From positions 4,210-68,209 of the forward strand of contig JANRKY010000047.1 of the NCBI GenBank assembly GCA_033763135.1: a stretch of DNA of 64,000 nt, in the 5' to 3' direction. The DNA comes from Blastocatellia bacterium. GTDB lineage: Bacteria; Acidobacteriota; Blastocatellia; RBC074. The notes below the pieces were generated by a model, which had not been told where the DNA came from, did no database searches, and was given only the letters and a program-made list of their open reading frames with translations. Of the stretch, positions 61,231 to 64,000 are shown one piece after another (the first letter of the stretch is position 1; each line of letters begins with the position of its first letter). The translations under genes were made by a program, and so were the position numbers.

Positions 61231-62373
61231 TTAGAGTCTTCCCGCCGTGGCGAGGCTCTTTGCCGTGTATTCGCGCAGCGGATGATAGAGGGTGTCGCGT
61301 TCGATGGGCTGGAAGCCGGCTTCGAGGACGAGGCGGATGATCTCGTCCTTGGAGGCTTCATTCTCGCTCTTGCCTTCGACGAGATAGGATTCCATCAGTT
61401 CGCCGCCGCCGGTGATGGTGCCGTCCAGATCGTTTGCGCCGAAGTGGAGGGCCGTCTGCGAGAGGCGTTTGCCGAGCATGACCCAATAGGCCTTGATGTG
61501 ATCGACGTTGTCGAGCATCAGGCGCGAGACGGCGATGACCTTGAGGCTGTCGATGCCGGAAGGGCCCGGCAGGTGGCTCAGCTGCGTTCCGGGCGGAAAG
61601 AAGGCGAGCGGAATGAAGCACTGGAAGCCGCCCGTCCGGTCCTGCTGTTCCCGCAGGCGGACGAAATGATCGACCCGGTCCTCGGTCGTCTCGACGTGCC
61701 CGTAGAGGATGGTCGCATTGGTCTTCAGGCCAAGCTTGTGGACCTTGCCGGCCATCTCCAGCCAGCGGCCGCCATCCGTCTTGTGCGTGCAGACCTTCGC
61801 GCGCGTCTCTTCGGCGAAGACCTCCGCGCCGCCGCCGGGGCATGAGTCCATGCCCGCCTTGTGCAGCTTCTCGATCACCTCTTCGTCCGTCATCTTGTAG
61901 AACTTGGCGAAGAAGTCCAGTTCGACCATCGTGAACGCCTTGAGGTGGAGCTGCGGGAATTCCCGTTTGAGCGCCGCCAGCAGATCGGTGTAATACGAGA
62001 AGGGAAGCCGCGTGTTGAGCCCGCCCACGATGTGGAGCTCGGTGGCGCCCTGCGCGCAGGCCTCGCGGGCGACCTTCAGGCTCTCTTCGAGGCTGTGCGT
62101 GTATCCGCCTTCCTGGTTGTGCTTGACGAAGAATCCGCAGAATTTGCAGTCGGCGTAGCAGTAGTTGGTCGGATTGAGATGGCGGTTGACGTTGAAATAG
62201 GTCGCGCGTCCGTGCTTCCGTCGCCGGACGATGTCCGCGAGGCGTCCCACGCCGTGCAGGTCGTTCGATTGGAAGAGGGCCATCCCGTCCTCAAAGCTCA
62301 GGCGCTCGCCGGCCACGACCTTTTCGGCGATCGAGCCGAGCGCACGGTCAAACAGATATTCGTTCATCATCAT
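61231..62373 (-). CDS. mqnE: Aminofutalosine synthase (radical SAM, CofH/MqnE family)
   Basis: [52 protein letters not shown] motifs; two genes from the prenyltransferase. Confidence 0.85.
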   Translation of the reverse strand: MMMNEYLFDRALGSIAEKVVAGERLSFEDGMALFQSNDLHGVGRLADIVRRRKHGRATYFNVNRHLNPTNYCYADCKFCGFFVKHNQEGGYTHSLEESLKVAREACAQGATELHIVGGLNTRLPFSYYTDLLAALKREFPQLHLKAFTMVELDFFAKFYKMTDEEVIEKLHKAGMDSCPGGGAEVFAEETRAKVCTHKTDGGRWLEMAGKVHKLGLKTNATILYGHVETTEDRVDHFVRLREQQDRTGGFQCFIPLAFFPPGTQLSHLPGPSGIDSLKVIAVSRLMLDNVDHIKAYWVMLGKRLSQTALHFGANDLDGTITGGGELMESYLVEGKSENEASKDEIIRLVLEAGFQPIERDTLYHPLREYTAKSLATAGRL

Positions 62374-62458
62374 TTTCACTCCTTGAAAACCGGTTGGCGC
62401 TCTGCCTTCAGGCGGCCTGAGAGGGCCGCTTTGCCGGAAGGCCGGTCCTGGAACGGGT

Positions 62459-63067
62459 TCAGTTCTTTTTGATCATCTGCTGGATCAGGTCCTCAACTTC
62501 CGTCCGGATCATTTCGCCGGGCGCGGCGCGAACCCGGGTGGCCGCCACGTCGCCTTCGCGCCGCAATTCCTCGGTGAGAAAAACATTCAGCGGCGTTCCC
62601 CAGAGGCGCTGATCGTCGATCTGCCTGCGATACGCATAATGCGTGGTGCCGGTCCGATCCTTCTTCTTGTCGTCGCCCTCGATGCAGATCGGATAGTCGG
62701 GCTTGTGCCGGGCGATGAATTCCCGCAGCTCCTCGTTCTTCGAGTATTCGCAGACCCCGATGACGAGCAGCCCCTGATCGCGATAGCGATTGTAGAGCTG
62801 ATTCACCGTCGTGACATCGAAGTTGCTGTTGTGGCACCACGCGGCGAAATAGTGCACGAGGACGAGCCGCTTGCCCTTTGCGGCTTCGCGCAGGTTGAGG
62901 GTTCCGCCATCCAGCGTGCGGAAGGTGAAGTCCTTGAACTCCATCTCGACGTCGCGCAGCGGCACATAATGATGGCCGTGATCGTCGTCGGTCTTTCGCT
63001 GCGCGCGCGCGGGGACCGCCAGCGACAGCAGCAGAAACAGGAGAAGAACGTGCAGCGTGTATTTCAT
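62459..63067 (-). CDS. Exported TlpA/redoxin-like thioredoxin-fold protein (CxxS)
   Basis: Signal peptide; [21 protein letters not shown] motifs. True start 63067; the ORF-track extension overlaps the next gene. Confidence 0.8.
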   Translation of the reverse strand: MKYTLHVLLLFLLLSLAVPARAQRKTDDDHGHHYVPLRDVEMEFKDFTFRTLDGGTLNLREAAKGKRLVLVHYFAAWCHNSNFDVTTVNQLYNRYRDQGLLVIGVCEYSKNEELREFIARHKPDYPICIEGDDKKKDRTGTTHYAYRRQIDDQRLWGTPLNVFLTEELRREGDVAATRVRAAPGEMIRTEVEDLIQQMIKKN

Positions 63068-63936
63068 TTGCCCCGCCAGTTCGTAACGAAGATGTCGGCC
63101 GCGATGCTCACGAAGAGGATGACGCTCACGTAGGCATTGGTGTTGAAGAACGCAACGTTCAGCCGCGAGAGATCGTCGGCGCGAATGAGGCGATGCTGAT
63201 GAATCAGCAGCGCCGCCGTTGCGATGATGCCGAGCAATCCGATCCAATGCAAGCCGGTGATCCAATAGATCCAGACGAGCGCCAGAAACATGGCGGCGTG
63301 CAGCGCCCGCGAGATGCGCAGCGCCCGCGCCACGCCGTATCGCTGCGGGATGGAGTTGAGCCCGGCGCCCGCGTCGAACTCCTGATCCTGACAGGCATAG
63401 ATGATGTCGAAGCCCGCCGTCCAGAGCATCACCGCCAGCGACAGCAGCAGCGGCGTCGGCGAATCGATCGATCCACGGACCGCGATCCATGCGCCCGTCG
63501 GCGCGATCGAGAGACACCAGCCCAGCACCAGATGCGAGAGCGAGGTGAACCGCTTCGTGTACGAATAGAAGAGAATCGATCCCAGCGCCACCGGCGACAA
63601 CCGGAACGCCAGCGGATTGAGGCGCCAGGCCGCCAGAAAGAAGAGCCCCGCAGAGACGACCGTAAAGACCGCGACGAACTGCACGCTCAACAGCCCGGCC
63701 GGAATCGCCCGCGTCCGCGTCCGCGGATTCTCCGCGTCGAACTTTCGATCCACCAGCCGATTGAAGGCCATCGCCGCCGATCGCGCCCCCACCATCGCAA
63801 CCACGATCCAGAAGATCGTCCGCCCCGACGGCATCCCCTCCGCCGCCATCACCGCCCCCAGAAAGGCGAACGGCAGCGCGAAGAGCGTATGCTCGATCTT
63901 GATCATCTCCAGCGTGAGTTTGAGGCTTCGCAACAT
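63064..63936 (-). CDS. ubiA: UbiA-family polyprenyltransferase (MqnP-like)
   Basis: [49 protein letters not shown] motifs. Confidence 0.88.
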   Translation of the reverse strand: MLRSLKLTLEMIKIEHTLFALPFAFLGAVMAAEGMPSGRTIFWIVVAMVGARSAAMAFNRLVDRKFDAENPRTRTRAIPAGLLSVQFVAVFTVVSAGLFFLAAWRLNPLAFRLSPVALGSILFYSYTKRFTSLSHLVLGWCLSIAPTGAWIAVRGSIDSPTPLLLSLAVMLWTAGFDIIYACQDQEFDAGAGLNSIPQRYGVARALRISRALHAAMFLALVWIYWITGLHWIGLLGIIATAALLIHQHRLIRADDLSRLNVAFFNTNAYVSVILFVSIAADIFVTNWRGK

Positions 63937-63944
63937 ATATTTGG

Positions 63945-64000
<56 letters not shown>

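Overview
Bacterial genomic DNA, plausibly Acidobacteriota/Blastocatellia-like (inference from gene style only), with two compartments. (1) Positions 1 to ~16,130: about 20 short, unrelated, co-oriented (+) genes, visibly less GC-rich than the rest. Up to ~12.7 kb they are separated by fragments of attC-like palindromes, which suggests the distal, decaying end of an integron cassette array; no integrase is in the window. Many of these sites carry a non-canonical GTC/GAC core in place of GTT/AAC. Cargo includes a subclass B1 metallo-beta-lactamase and a probable selenoprotein of a family I do not recognise (in-frame TGA plus SECIS-like hairpin). (2) Positions ~16,200-64,000: GC-rich core genes. 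These include a cobalamin-riboswitch-controlled btuFCD/TonB-receptor operon, a nucleotide-sugar dehydrogenase, a GH63-like hydrolase, a GrdB-like selenoprotein, an NCS2 permease, a radical SAM/GT28/SDR/GT87 cluster, an orphan DNA methyltransferase, ATP-grasp and YbdK ligases, a membrane-anchored NB-ARC/TPR protein, efp, FTCD, ggt, tandem YfhO-like glycosyltransferases, DUF1800/DUF1501 and futalosine-pathway genes. A ~340-nt highly structured intergenic RNA candidate lies upstream of efp, and several families of tandem-repeat palindromes occupy intergenic spaces. All calls are by eye from motifs; no database searches were run.
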